A DNA stretch of 53,235 nucleotides from a virus. Lineage: Duplodnaviria > Caudoviricetes. Shown one piece after another: positions 37,668-47,590 of the stretch; positions within the stretch are counted from its first letter, which is position 1; the number at the start of each line of letters is the position of its first letter. The translations under genes and the position numbers were made by a program. The notes under the pieces were generated by a model. The model was given only the letters and a program-made list of their open reading frames with translations. It searched no databases and had not been told where the DNA came from. The stretch covers positions 1 to 53,235 of the IMG/VR virus record IMGVR_UViG_3300008448_013349, one strand, 5' to 3'.

Positions 37668-38929
37668 AATTGTAATAATTCTTTAAAGGTTTCTTTATGA
37701 TTTAAATTTCTGTATAAATCCATTTTTATAAGATACTCGTCAAATTGATCTAAAAATGATGAGTTGTCTTCAGAGTTCATTAAATTAACCATTTGTAGAA
37801 AATTGGAAACATTCAATGTGTCTTTTTTTGCTTCTACGTAATCTGTTAATTTCTTTGTTATATGGTCCTTTACCTTTTGTGGTAATATTTTGGTGGACAA
37901 ATAATTTGGCCCCCATAAAACACCTGTATGAAATATAGGATCATGTTTTCTATGTACTATGATTTTTTTATAGTTCTGTTGCTCCAACCAATCAGCAAAT
38001 TCAGGTAAATAAAAAATGTTTAATGCTTGGACAGTATATAAAATTTTAAAGGACATATTTTCAGATGAGTTATCATCATACATTCTTAAATTTTTTTCTA
38101 TGATCGAAAATTTAGACGGGTATCTAACATATTCAGTAACTTTATCAATACCATCTATTGAAATAAACAATTCAACTTTCTTGAAGTGTTTCCACAGTTC
38201 CATTAGTTCCGTGTCATATATTGTTCCGTTTGTATGATAGTTAACCTGTATGTTTTTCGCATAACCTCTTTTAACCATCTCTTTAATAATCTCTTTGTGC
38301 TCTTTTATAAGTAATGGTTCTCCGCCAGCAAAAATCATTAAACGCATGCTACCGCAGCTTTCATAAAAGTCTTCGAGGAATTCTTTTCTTTTATACCATT
38401 CAAATTTAGTGATATCTAATTGAGATTTATGTTTCCAGTCCCACTTAGCATTTGTTTCTAGTTCATTAGCAAGTTTCTTTGCTTCATTAAACCATTTAGA
38501 GCTATCTGTTGGTCTACACATAACACAAGCTAAATTACATGTGTTACCTAATCTAAAATCTAAGGTGTATAGTTCATTCTCTATTGTACCATCATCATGT
38601 GTATTTTGAACTAACTCATCAACAAATTCTTTTGTTAAAAGTAAATCCCATAGATGGTTTTCGTTCATTCTGTGACTTTTAACGCCAACACTCTCTTCTC
38701 TCCAACAAACGGAACATCCCTGAAATTTTTCACCATTCAATAAAGACAATCTAGCTTTTTTAAAGTATTCACTATTTTTAACCTCATTGATGGTATTGTG
38801 GTTTAGGTTTAACCCACTATCTGGTTGCGCAACACAACATAGTAATGCTGTACCATCAGTATACGTTGCTGTATGTATCCATGGCAGCACACAGAAGGTT
38901 TCACTTTTATTTCTATCTTTATTTTGCAT
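37652..38929 (-). CDS. Radical SAM protein with N-terminal twitch/SPASM domain
   Basis: FCVLPW...LLCC...CSVCW; GNTCNLACVMC; FAGGEPL; HTNGT. Confidence 0.9.
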   Translation of the reverse strand: MQNKDRNKSETFCVLPWIHTATYTDGTALLCCVAQPDSGLNLNHNTINEVKNSEYFKKARLSLLNGEKFQGCSVCWREESVGVKSHRMNENHLWDLLLTKEFVDELVQNTHDDGTIENELYTLDFRLGNTCNLACVMCRPTDSSKWFNEAKKLANELETNAKWDWKHKSQLDITKFEWYKRKEFLEDFYESCGSMRLMIFAGGEPLLIKEHKEIIKEMVKRGYAKNIQVNYHTNGTIYDTELMELWKHFKKVELFISIDGIDKVTEYVRYPSKFSIIEKNLRMYDDNSSENMSFKILYTVQALNIFYLPEFADWLEQQNYKKIIVHRKHDPIFHTGVLWGPNYLSTKILPQKVKDHITKKLTDYVEAKKDTLNVSNFLQMVNLMNSEDNSSFLDQFDEYLIKMDLYRNLNHKETFKELLQLWHEY

Positions 38930-40232
38930 AGTGTGCTTTTAAATGTTCATTTAATTCGGTACACGCATCTTCAAATGTTTGTTTTCTATTGGCATCTAAT
39001 ATTTTGGTGTACGATTTGAAATTCTCCAGGTAAAGATCTGATCCAGGAATTCGTTCTTCTTTCAATAAATTAAGTATTGCGTAGGTGCTATTTTTGGTCA
39101 TCTCGTGACCTTCAACTTTTTCTTTATTGTTATTAATGTAATTATTAAGTTTATTCCACGCTGCTTCTTTAATTTCTGTTGGTAATATCTTAATATCCAA
39201 ATATCTTGGATGTGTATCAATTAAGAAATCAATAAAGATTTTTCTTTCAAACCTTTCGCTTACGTCCGCAACATAATCTATAATCTTATCCAAATCAAAT
39301 ATATTATAGATTTGAACCACGGGAGAAACACCAAGGTTGATGTTTTTCATGCTTGCTAACTTTTCAAAATTTTGGCTAATCTTATGCCAATGCGATGGGT
39401 ATCTGATATAGTCATTCATACTACCAAACCCATCTAAGCTTGCGTTGATATCTACTCTATCAAACTTGGATAGTACGTTTGTAAATTTCTCAGTTAGATT
39501 TGAACAGTTTGTATTAAAAAACATCACAATGTCTTTGCGACCTCTTTCAATACATTTTTCCATGAAGTAATAATTGTTTTCAATCAATGTGGGTTCGCCT
39601 CCGGTCATATAAACCTTTTTTAAAGTAGGGATCATTGCTTCAACTTGGTCCCATAACATATCACTTTCAAACCAAGTTTCTTGGTTCTTTAAATGAACCG
39701 GGCTTCCACCATATTCAGAAGAATAAACTCGTTTATATTCAGGATCTTTTTCCCATAGATCAAAGTGTTCTTTTGCAATTGCACTTGAACTATATGGGTT
39801 ACACATCCTACATCTGAAATTACAAAGGTTACCTAATCTAAGGTCTAGGTAAACTGGATTTGATTCTATCACCCCGTCTTTCTCCATCGCCTCTTTAACC
39901 AGTGCGTCCATTTTATCCGCCCCTATTCTCCATATCCATTCTCTGGTCATCATATCTCTATAACCTTCTCTACCGATCTTATTTTGGAGATCGCATTTCA
40001 TACAAGCGTCCACTTGTTCCCCAGCGATCATTTTTTTTCTAACGTCCCTTACGGTATCCGAATTCCACGCATCTAGCAAGGTAGCTGTTGTTGCGTGTAG
40101 TGTTTTACCATCTGTTTTTAGATCTGTATTTTGGGCACCACCTTCAGCTATACAGCAATACTTAAATTTACCGTCGCTGTTGACCATTGTACTAACAAAT
40201 GGCATGGCGCAGAATGTTTTTGAATGTTTCAT
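38919..40232 (-). CDS. Radical SAM protein with N-terminal twitch/SPASM domain
   Basis: Likely start MKHSKTFCAMPF at 40232; YCC...CMKC; GNLCNFRCRMC; TGGEPT. Confidence 0.9.
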   Translation of the reverse strand: MKHSKTFCAMPFVSTMVNSDGKFKYCCIAEGGAQNTDLKTDGKTLHATTATLLDAWNSDTVRDVRKKMIAGEQVDACMKCDLQNKIGREGYRDMMTREWIWRIGADKMDALVKEAMEKDGVIESNPVYLDLRLGNLCNFRCRMCNPYSSSAIAKEHFDLWEKDPEYKRVYSSEYGGSPVHLKNQETWFESDMLWDQVEAMIPTLKKVYMTGGEPTLIENNYYFMEKCIERGRKDIVMFFNTNCSNLTEKFTNVLSKFDRVDINASLDGFGSMNDYIRYPSHWHKISQNFEKLASMKNINLGVSPVVQIYNIFDLDKIIDYVADVSERFERKIFIDFLIDTHPRYLDIKILPTEIKEAAWNKLNNYINNNKEKVEGHEMTKNSTYAILNLLKEERIPGSDLYLENFKSYTKILDANRKQTFEDACTELNEHLKAHYAK

Positions 40233-40242
40233 GTGTATCTTA

Positions 40243-40271
40243 AATATATATATTTTATTCGATAAAGTCAA
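40243..40271 (-). promoter_or_regulatory. Sigma70-like promoter TTGACT-N17-TATATT
   Basis: Between the stop at 40276 and the ATG at 40232; exact 17-nt spacer. Confidence 0.7.
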
Positions 40272-40275
40272 CTTT

Positions 40276-41133
40276 TTAAAACATGATTTTACTCATGTAG
40301 GAGGGGTAAAAACCAAAGTTTTTTATAACAAAATCATAAACCAATGGAGCCTCGGTTTTTAACTCTTCAGCTATCTTTTTTCTATTTGCTAGTTCATACC
40401 TAAAACCGGTATAATGGTGACATTTACCAGTATATAAATCCTCCCAACAATAGTAAGGTTCAACATCATATTTTGTTAATTGACCACTAAATAAAAATTG
40501 CTCGAGAAACATTGTCATTAATGGTAATTGATTTAAAAATTTGACATTTTTAATGTAGAAATCAGATATTTTGATATACGATTCTTTTATAATATCTAAT
40601 CTCTTTCCACCATAAATTGACATGTTTATTGAATACTCTTTATTTACATTTTTTAATACCTCTATATCGCCCCCAAGTTCTTTAACCACACTATCATATG
40701 TGGGTAAATAGGTATTCATATATGCACTCTCTTTTGTAAATTCTTTAAATGAAAAAACAAGATCTTTTGTTTTAATTTCATCTAAAAAGTCTTTATCATA
40801 TATTATAAAATCATGATCTATCATTATAAATGGTACATTTTGTTCGGCGGCCACAAAAATTTTATAAATACTATTTTTGTGACAAAATTCATAGGCTTGA
40901 TTTGATAGGTAATTTTCTATATTTGGCACCTCTGTGTATTCATCAAATAGATTGATGTCTTTAAAGTATCCTAAGAACTCTTCGGTTGAATAAAATATGA
41001 TTTTATCTTCTGGTGTTGTTATCTGTTTAAGTTTAACAACACTCAATAATAGTAATATAACATCAATTAAATAAAACTCAGAATCTAATTTCTTGTCATC
41101 ATTTTTCGGCACATATGTATATATAAAGTTCAT
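40276..41133 (-). CDS. GT-A-like putative sugar transferase (DUF6734-like)
   Basis: KIFVAAEQNVPFIMIDHDF (DxD), INMSIYGG, LEQFL; related to 26347-27282. Confidence 0.55.
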   Translation of the reverse strand: MNFIYTYVPKNDDKKLDSEFYLIDVILLLLSVVKLKQITTPEDKIIFYSTEEFLGYFKDINLFDEYTEVPNIENYLSNQAYEFCHKNSIYKIFVAAEQNVPFIMIDHDFIIYDKDFLDEIKTKDLVFSFKEFTKESAYMNTYLPTYDSVVKELGGDIEVLKNVNKEYSINMSIYGGKRLDIIKESYIKISDFYIKNVKFLNQLPLMTMFLEQFLFSGQLTKYDVEPYYCWEDLYTGKCHHYTGFRYELANRKKIAEELKTEAPLVYDFVIKNFGFYPSYMSKIMF

Positions 41134-42485
41134 TAGTTTATTAATTTATTAAAAAATGATTTTGTTGATTTATCTTCCATTAACATGTTAAAGTTGTGAA
41201 TCAACGTTTCTTCCATTTCTGTTAATGTTCTTTTTATTTTATCCGAATCCCATTCTGAAATGTCTTCTAGAACTTCTATTATTTTTTCAAATCTGCTTTG
41301 ATATTTTAACTCGTCATAGCTCTCGTCCCACCATTTATCAAACGTCTTAAACCCATATTCTTTTAGTTTTTTTAAACTGTTTCTGTTACCCACTAAAATA
41401 AATGGTTGCAATGAGAATATTGGTTTTATAATTTTTTCCGAGAAAAATATCAAATTTTCACTGGTGATTGTTTCTGTAACAACATTACAAAAAGTCTTAT
41501 GATGCACGTCCAAGTTAATTCGCACAGATTGTTCTTGTTCCATGGATTCTGTGTCATATAGATAATCTTTATTTGGGTCTAAATTATCTACAAACTCATA
41601 TAGTCTTTCATGACCGTGTTTATAATTTTTATCTATAAATCTTCTAACAGCTTCTCTATGGTTCTGCCCGTTGATCATATTTTGATTACCTAATGTCACT
41701 ATTGTTTTGTCTTTTAATTTTTTGTTTGTTATTATTTCAGCAAACAATGCGACCCTGTGATCATGTGGTTTTCTATTGAAGCATAAGAAGTGTTTTTCTT
41801 TTGGTGTGGCTCTAAGCTTATGTAAATTTTCTACTAAAATATTCTCATACAAGTGTTTTGAACTTTCTTTATGAAAATTTTCTTTAAAAAACCATAACCT
41901 ATGGAAAAAATAATTGAATTCAATTATCTTAAAATTATCAATTATGATTTTTTCTTTAACATATTCATCTTTTACCTCTGGTGCGATTAGATTAGATGAA
42001 ACGAAAATAAAGTTATTGTTATTAAGTTCGTTTTTAGATGAAAAATTAGATAACCATTCATAACAGTGTTGATACATGAACCAGGGTTCGGTTATGTAAA
42101 AAATCACAAACTTACACTTACCTTGTTTTATCTGGTTTTTTACTTTAGGTGGTATATCTAAGTTAATGTCTTTATCAAAAATATCATTATTCCATATTAA
42201 TATTGAATATAAAAAATCTAAATTATTATCGATGTAATAATCAACGGTGTTTATATCAATTTTATAAAGATCTGTATTTAAATTCGAAAAAATACTTTTA
42301 CCGTTTAGAAAAATAAAATCATCTTTATGTATTTGATCAATTTGCGCCGGGAAGCCACCATATTTTTTATTGTATGGCTCAATATCAAATCCATATACGT
42401 CTTTAGAAAACATATTTGGGTATGGTACTAAGAATTGATTGTCTTCACCAACTACAAGGGGGCTATCAAAACCAAAATTAATCAT
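41133..42485 (-). CDS. Putative GT-B glycosyltransferase (GT10-like C-terminus)
   Basis: FLCFNRKPHDHR; NVVTET...FFSEKIIKPI...PFILVG...GFKTF. Confidence 0.5.
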   Translation of the reverse strand: MINFGFDSPLVVGEDNQFLVPYPNMFSKDVYGFDIEPYNKKYGGFPAQIDQIHKDDFIFLNGKSIFSNLNTDLYKIDINTVDYYIDNNLDFLYSILIWNNDIFDKDINLDIPPKVKNQIKQGKCKFVIFYITEPWFMYQHCYEWLSNFSSKNELNNNNFIFVSSNLIAPEVKDEYVKEKIIIDNFKIIEFNYFFHRLWFFKENFHKESSKHLYENILVENLHKLRATPKEKHFLCFNRKPHDHRVALFAEIITNKKLKDKTIVTLGNQNMINGQNHREAVRRFIDKNYKHGHERLYEFVDNLDPNKDYLYDTESMEQEQSVRINLDVHHKTFCNVVTETITSENLIFFSEKIIKPIFSLQPFILVGNRNSLKKLKEYGFKTFDKWWDESYDELKYQSRFEKIIEVLEDISEWDSDKIKRTLTEMEETLIHNFNMLMEDKSTKSFFNKLIN

Positions 42486-43186
42486 AGAATATACTCTTTT
42501 GGTACAAGTTCACAAAAATTAAAATTAGATGATTCATCAAAAACATCTTTTCTTACATTGAGTGTCTCAAAATCGTAGTAACATAAAACGTTTTTATCCT
42601 TCTTATTTATTGTCTTCAACTTTTTAATATTTGTTTCGTTTTTGATTATTGAAAATAAAGAAATCTCTACTTGAGAGAAACATCTATCTTTTGGGTCCGC
42701 TGCACCTGGATTCAAAGCACCTAAAAAAAATGGTGAATTTTTGTATTCATCGATAAAATCACCATTACATTTATAGTACTTAACCAACTTGTCATTTACA
42801 TATATCATAATAATATTATCAATTTTAGTGAATATAAAATTAATCCCACTATCAATTGTGTCAGAATTAATTTTTTCAAAAATCATACAGTTAAACTCTA
42901 CAGGATCTTTTTTTGTTCTGAATTCAAAAACTAACGAATCTATATCACTATCAAAATTTAACCCAAAATTTTGTCCGGATTTCCCGAAAATACCGGCTTT
43001 AGTGTCCTTGATAAATTCTTTTTTTATTCTAAAATTACATAGAATAGCAAAATTATCTCTAAATAAAATATTTTGTAGATCGATATTGTCTCGCTTAGCA
43101 ATATCGGTCTCACTATCAAATTTATTTATATCCCATTTGTATTTTATCCAATATGGTTTTTTATACTCTATGACCATGTTTTTCAA
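42482..43186 (-). CDS. LamG/concanavalin A-like domain protein
   Basis: MIYVNDKLV...PFFLGA...YYDFE...DES, similar to the LamG inserts of the upstream GT7 genes. Confidence 0.5.
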   Translation of the reverse strand: MKNMVIEYKKPYWIKYKWDINKFDSETDIAKRDNIDLQNILFRDNFAILCNFRIKKEFIKDTKAGIFGKSGQNFGLNFDSDIDSLVFEFRTKKDPVEFNCMIFEKINSDTIDSGINFIFTKIDNIIMIYVNDKLVKYYKCNGDFIDEYKNSPFFLGALNPGAADPKDRCFSQVEISLFSIIKNETNIKKLKTINKKDKNVLCYYDFETLNVRKDVFDESSNFNFCELVPKEYIL

Positions 43187-44573
43187 TAAATTTTTCTAAT
43201 TCTGGGAAATAGTCTAAGCAATTCATACCCCTCCTTATTTCATATTCGGTAATAAATTTATTAAAGTTCTTTATGTCCGTATAGTGTTGTGTATTTTTAT
43301 CAACCCCTTTAATAAAGTATTCTTTTAACCTTGTTATTTTTTCAATTTCTTTTAGCGAAAACCCAACATCTTCAATAGATTGAGGTTGGTAAAAATTCAG
43401 GCTTCTGTAACTAGAATTAAATAACATAAATTTTTCAAGCTCAATAAATCTATTAATATCAATAAAATCAATTAATAATTTGAAACTTAAAAAAGATGGG
43501 TATCTTAAATATGATGTATCTAAGATGATCGGAGAATTCCAATACCTCTCTGTGTTAAAATGTTTAATTTTTAAATCTGATATTGTTTTAACCAACCTAT
43601 CATAAGAAAAAATACTGAATATGTTAAATGTGGACATTACAACAACTGTAACCTTGGGTAACTTTTCTAAAATCTTATCAATATTAGAAAATAATTTATC
43701 AAAATTTAATCCGTGTCTAATGTACTCAGCTTGTTTACCATACGTGTCACATGATGTATATATTATACATTCTTTTACTCGTTCTTCCTCAATAATTCTA
43801 TCAAGATTTTCTATTAGCTTATCAATTAGCCCATCTTCAACACCTAGATTGCTGTTGATAGATAATTTTAAGTTTTTATTTGGGGATTCTTTTGATAAAA
43901 TATCATTTAATAAAGCCCAGAAATCTTTTGATAATAACGGCTCTCCTCCGGTAATTCTAAACGTATCTAAGTTTGAATATAGTTTTGGCCACCACTCCCA
44001 AAAAGCGTCAACATAAGGGTTTTGATCTGAATGTTTGTACGGCTTAGTTTTATTTTTTTCGATTTCCGTTAAACCGTTATATTCTGTTGATTGTAATTTG
44101 TACCCACCATACTTATTTACCTCTTCCATCCATTTTGACGAATATATTGGGCCGCAATAAGCACACTTAAAATTACAGATATTGGAAAAACTAACTTCAA
44201 CATATTTTGGCATATAGTTCTCCCTCCAATGCATATCAGTAATCTCTTTAAAATATGGTTCTGACCATGGCTCTGATGATTTAAAAATCCTATCTGAAAA
44301 GGAATCCGAATTATCTTCTATATTCCAGCAATATTGACATTCGCTTGGTCGTTTACCCTCAAGCATCTCTTTTCTGGCTTGTTTTTTTTGCGTGCTGTTG
44401 TGTAGTGCTGTAGGATCTCTTTTAATTTCAGCTAAACTTACTTTATGGGGCGCAGGGTGATGACATGAATGTGTCATTCCATTATGCAGGTGCATAGTAA
44501 CTTGAGTCCATTTGGCTAAACAGAACCCACACCCAATAGCATTAAGCTTTATTTTAGTTTCCTCGAACCCCAT
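43161..44573 (-). CDS. Radical SAM protein with N-terminal twitch/SPASM domain
   Basis: FCLAKW...HSCHH...CQYCW; SNICNFKCAYC; ITGGEPL. Confidence 0.9.
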   Translation of the reverse strand: MGFEETKIKLNAIGCGFCLAKWTQVTMHLHNGMTHSCHHPAPHKVSLAEIKRDPTALHNSTQKKQARKEMLEGKRPSECQYCWNIEDNSDSFSDRIFKSSEPWSEPYFKEITDMHWRENYMPKYVEVSFSNICNFKCAYCGPIYSSKWMEEVNKYGGYKLQSTEYNGLTEIEKNKTKPYKHSDQNPYVDAFWEWWPKLYSNLDTFRITGGEPLLSKDFWALLNDILSKESPNKNLKLSINSNLGVEDGLIDKLIENLDRIIEEERVKECIIYTSCDTYGKQAEYIRHGLNFDKLFSNIDKILEKLPKVTVVVMSTFNIFSIFSYDRLVKTISDLKIKHFNTERYWNSPIILDTSYLRYPSFLSFKLLIDFIDINRFIELEKFMLFNSSYRSLNFYQPQSIEDVGFSLKEIEKITRLKEYFIKGVDKNTQHYTDIKNFNKFITEYEIRRGMNCLDYFPELEKFIEKHGHRV

Positions 44574-45970
44574 TAATTCATTTTTACATTAATAAATTTA
44601 GTATTTGGATACATACTATCATCAATATTGTCGATAGATAGTGTATTCATAATTTGAATTAATCCATCGTTTTTATAATCAATTTTTTTCTGTTGCATCT
44701 GAGTAACAAATCTTTTTTCATTTCTGGCAGTTGTTTCACCTTTTGCCCATGTACCATTAACAAATCCTTCATCAATGTGTGGTAAACAATAAAATCTACT
44801 TTCTCTACGATACGGAATTACGTTTTCAATAACTTCAATATCTTCTTTTGTAAAAAATACGTTTTGATTTATAAATGCTTGGTTGTTAAAATCGCTTTCT
44901 AAAACCAAATTCTCTCTATTGGTTTCCATATCTTTTATATTACTAAAGAATGTGTTGTATATTTTGATATCAGATATTTTACCTTTATAATACACATTTG
45001 AGTGGTTACAAAAACCAATTAAAAATGGTTTAACCGAATCGTGAGTTCTTAAGTCGTTTCTAACCGGGAACGGTAAATTTTGCTTTACCCCATTCATTTG
45101 ACAAATTAATTCGTCATTAACATAGAAATAAACATTCTTTTCTTCACTATTAAACGTCATTGTAACTTGTGTCCATAATCCTTCAAATCTTTTTGCCCAA
45201 TTATAATGATGCATATTATTTCTATCGAACAGCTGCATAGTAACTGCTCTAGAATTGTTAAAAGACATACCCCATGTCCAACTACCGTCTTTTCTTATTA
45301 GTGGATATTCAACAAATACTCTTTGTTGATCACCAACAAGCCAAATGGGTACCTTATCATTTTGTTGTTCAGCATTAAAGGTGATGGTAATTGTGTGATC
45401 CTTGTGTAAACATGAACTTATTTCTCTATTTGTTGGGAACATTAGATACGAGTTGTTTCCATTGAAATTTGCAACAATTTTATCAGATTGTTTTTTAATA
45501 ACCCTACCTGTGGTTAATCCTTCAAAATAACATCTCCAGAAAAGGTCATCATCTTCTTGTCCCCAATCCCAATAATCATTTGAATAACCATTAGATAATT
45601 CTGCTTGTTCTTTGGTAAAAAGAACAACACCACCAAAGTATTGATCATAACCTAAGTTATAACCATATTTCGATAGCTTTGTGGCGATGTGTATTGGGGT
45701 ATCTGTGGGATATGAATAATCAGCTTCCTCGTGTGGCAACATATCAACATCGTGCCACGCTATGTAATCACAACCATCTTCAAAAGCAATGTGCGCGGCA
45801 ATGTTTTTCATTGCCCCTCGATTAAATAATTTATCATCTACTTGATGACCGACATAAAATGTGTGTTCAATTCCTCTTTCATTTAAGTGTTTAGTTAGAT
45901 GAGGAATTAACCTGTCAATATGATCTTTTCTATTCCGATAGGGAATACAAATTCCTAGTTTGTGTTTCAT
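44573..45970 (-). CDS. GT7 (beta-1,4-galactosyltransferase-like) enzyme with LamG insertion
   Basis: IPYRNR, FNRGAMKN, WHDVDMLP, YFGGV, NGYSNDYWDWGQEDDD; LamG block; C-terminal NDGL. Confidence 0.85.
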   Translation of the reverse strand: MKHKLGICIPYRNRKDHIDRLIPHLTKHLNERGIEHTFYVGHQVDDKLFNRGAMKNIAAHIAFEDGCDYIAWHDVDMLPHEEADYSYPTDTPIHIATKLSKYGYNLGYDQYFGGVVLFTKEQAELSNGYSNDYWDWGQEDDDLFWRCYFEGLTTGRVIKKQSDKIVANFNGNNSYLMFPTNREISSCLHKDHTITITFNAEQQNDKVPIWLVGDQQRVFVEYPLIRKDGSWTWGMSFNNSRAVTMQLFDRNNMHHYNWAKRFEGLWTQVTMTFNSEEKNVYFYVNDELICQMNGVKQNLPFPVRNDLRTHDSVKPFLIGFCNHSNVYYKGKISDIKIYNTFFSNIKDMETNRENLVLESDFNNQAFINQNVFFTKEDIEVIENVIPYRRESRFYCLPHIDEGFVNGTWAKGETTARNEKRFVTQMQQKKIDYKNDGLIQIMNTLSIDNIDDSMYPNTKFINVKMN

Positions 45971-47394
45971 ATACCAACATTAACATGTAATATTTTATCT
46001 CTATAAGTTTTACCATGTTCAATAAACTCTAGAGTAGATAATCCATCTGATTTTAATAATTCGTTATTTAAAAAAACTTCATTATGATATCTTAATTGGT
46101 TCCATCTTGTTGCTTGATCCTTCCATTTATTACCTAAAAATCCATTCTCCTCATGTTTTAATGACTTAAAGAGAGATTTTCTTCTATATGGTATCTTAAC
46201 TTCGGTAAACTCATCATATTCTTCATCAATAATTTCGCAATTAACTATCTTACCGTTATTATCATTATTAGTTAAATCGGTCAACTCATAGTTGTCGATA
46301 AAATTTGCATCATAATAAATTTTTAAAGAGTCTTTGGATTTATATTTTCCAAATGATTTATTTAAATAAAATTTATCATTGTTGGATATTTCCTTAATCT
46401 CATCATCATTTAATATTTCATCATAATATGCAAAAGAATCAATTGTACCTTTAAATAAATTAGGTATTTTTTCCCTATTTGGTTTACCAACACCTAAATA
46501 AAAATTGGGTTCTTTTCTGTAAAAATATAGTTTCTTAAATCTTCCAGTTTGGCCAATTAATTCACCGTCTTGATAGACTTTAATTATGTTTTCGCTTTTA
46601 TCTAAAACGATAACCATATTAGTTTTATAATTTGTTTTTATTGGAGAATTAACAAAGTATGGTGTATTATTAGAGTCAAAGGCACAAAAATTATATCTTG
46701 AAAACGAATTATAACAAATACCAAAATCCCAACCAGGGATGCTAAATGCAGTAAATTCATCAGACTCTTTTGTGTGATCTAATACTAATTTTTCGGGATA
46801 AAAAGAAATAAAAAACGTACCATTGTTATTTAAATCGATGGTGTTTTTACATTCAACATATGAATCAACACCATTAAATTTAAGTGACTTACCTTTTCTA
46901 CCGATATTTTTAATATGTAGTTTATCTAAACCTATTCCACTCACCTTGCATCTTAACAATAAATCGGTATCTTCATATCCCCATCCCCAGTATTTGTTTG
47001 AATAGCCATCTATTTTTTCAAAATCTTCGGTAGTAAACATTGTTACACCACCAAAATATTCCTCAAATATTTCCCTGGTTTTTTCTCCCGGCTCTAAAGT
47101 AAAATTAGTAGCTAGGTGTAATGGTTTATCATAGTATGAGTAGTCAACATCAATTGGTAACATATCGACATCGTGAAACACAACATAATCACATTTTAAT
47201 TTTTGTGCATATTTGAAGCCAATGTTTAGCAACATGCCCCTATTAAACTGTTTTGCGTTATCTTGGTCCACAACGATTATCTCATACTTTATTTCTTTTT
47301 TTTTTAGATAATCGGTCATATGTAATAGAAATTTATCTAAATGATTTTTTCTATTTCTATATGGAACAATAATACCTAACTTATGTTTATCCAT
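45967..47394 (-). CDS. GT7 (beta-1,4-galactosyltransferase-like) enzyme with LamG insertion
   Basis: VPYRNR, FNRGMLLNIGF, FHDVDMLP, YFGGV, GYSNKYWGWGYEDTD; LamG block; C-terminal SDGLSTL. ATG at 47394. Confidence 0.85.
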   Translation of the reverse strand: MDKHKLGIIVPYRNRKNHLDKFLLHMTDYLKKKEIKYEIIVVDQDNAKQFNRGMLLNIGFKYAQKLKCDYVVFHDVDMLPIDVDYSYYDKPLHLATNFTLEPGEKTREIFEEYFGGVTMFTTEDFEKIDGYSNKYWGWGYEDTDLLLRCKVSGIGLDKLHIKNIGRKGKSLKFNGVDSYVECKNTIDLNNNGTFFISFYPEKLVLDHTKESDEFTAFSIPGWDFGICYNSFSRYNFCAFDSNNTPYFVNSPIKTNYKTNMVIVLDKSENIIKVYQDGELIGQTGRFKKLYFYRKEPNFYLGVGKPNREKIPNLFKGTIDSFAYYDEILNDDEIKEISNNDKFYLNKSFGKYKSKDSLKIYYDANFIDNYELTDLTNNDNNGKIVNCEIIDEEYDEFTEVKIPYRRKSLFKSLKHEENGFLGNKWKDQATRWNQLRYHNEVFLNNELLKSDGLSTLEFIEHGKTYRDKILHVNVGI

Positions 47395-47590
47395 CAATTG
47401 TTGGGTCTTTTGGTTTTACTGATTTGTGAAATTCATGTAAATAAAACTGAATTCTGTCGCTCCATTCTTGTTTATCGATTTCTTCAAACCAAATAGTTAA
47501 TGCATCTAGCGAATTAGCTATCTTTTCGAGAGCTTTTACTTTTTTTTCTTCTAACTTTAAAAGTTGTTCTTCTTTTTCTGCCTTTGTCAT
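47387..47590 (-). CDS. Small helical hypothetical protein
   Basis: 67 aa, overlaps both neighbours in the operon. Confidence 0.7.
   Translation of the reverse strand: MTKAEKEEQLLKLEEKKVKALEKIANSLDALTIWFEEIDKQEWSDRIQFYLHEFHKSVKPKDPTIDG

Noticed and set aside
2283-40271. Longer N-termini given by the ORF track (starts at 2330, 3048, 4081, 6610, 40271)
   Set aside because: These extensions overlap upstream genes or promoter elements; downstream ATGs (2282, 3015, 4039, 6541, 40232) fit better.
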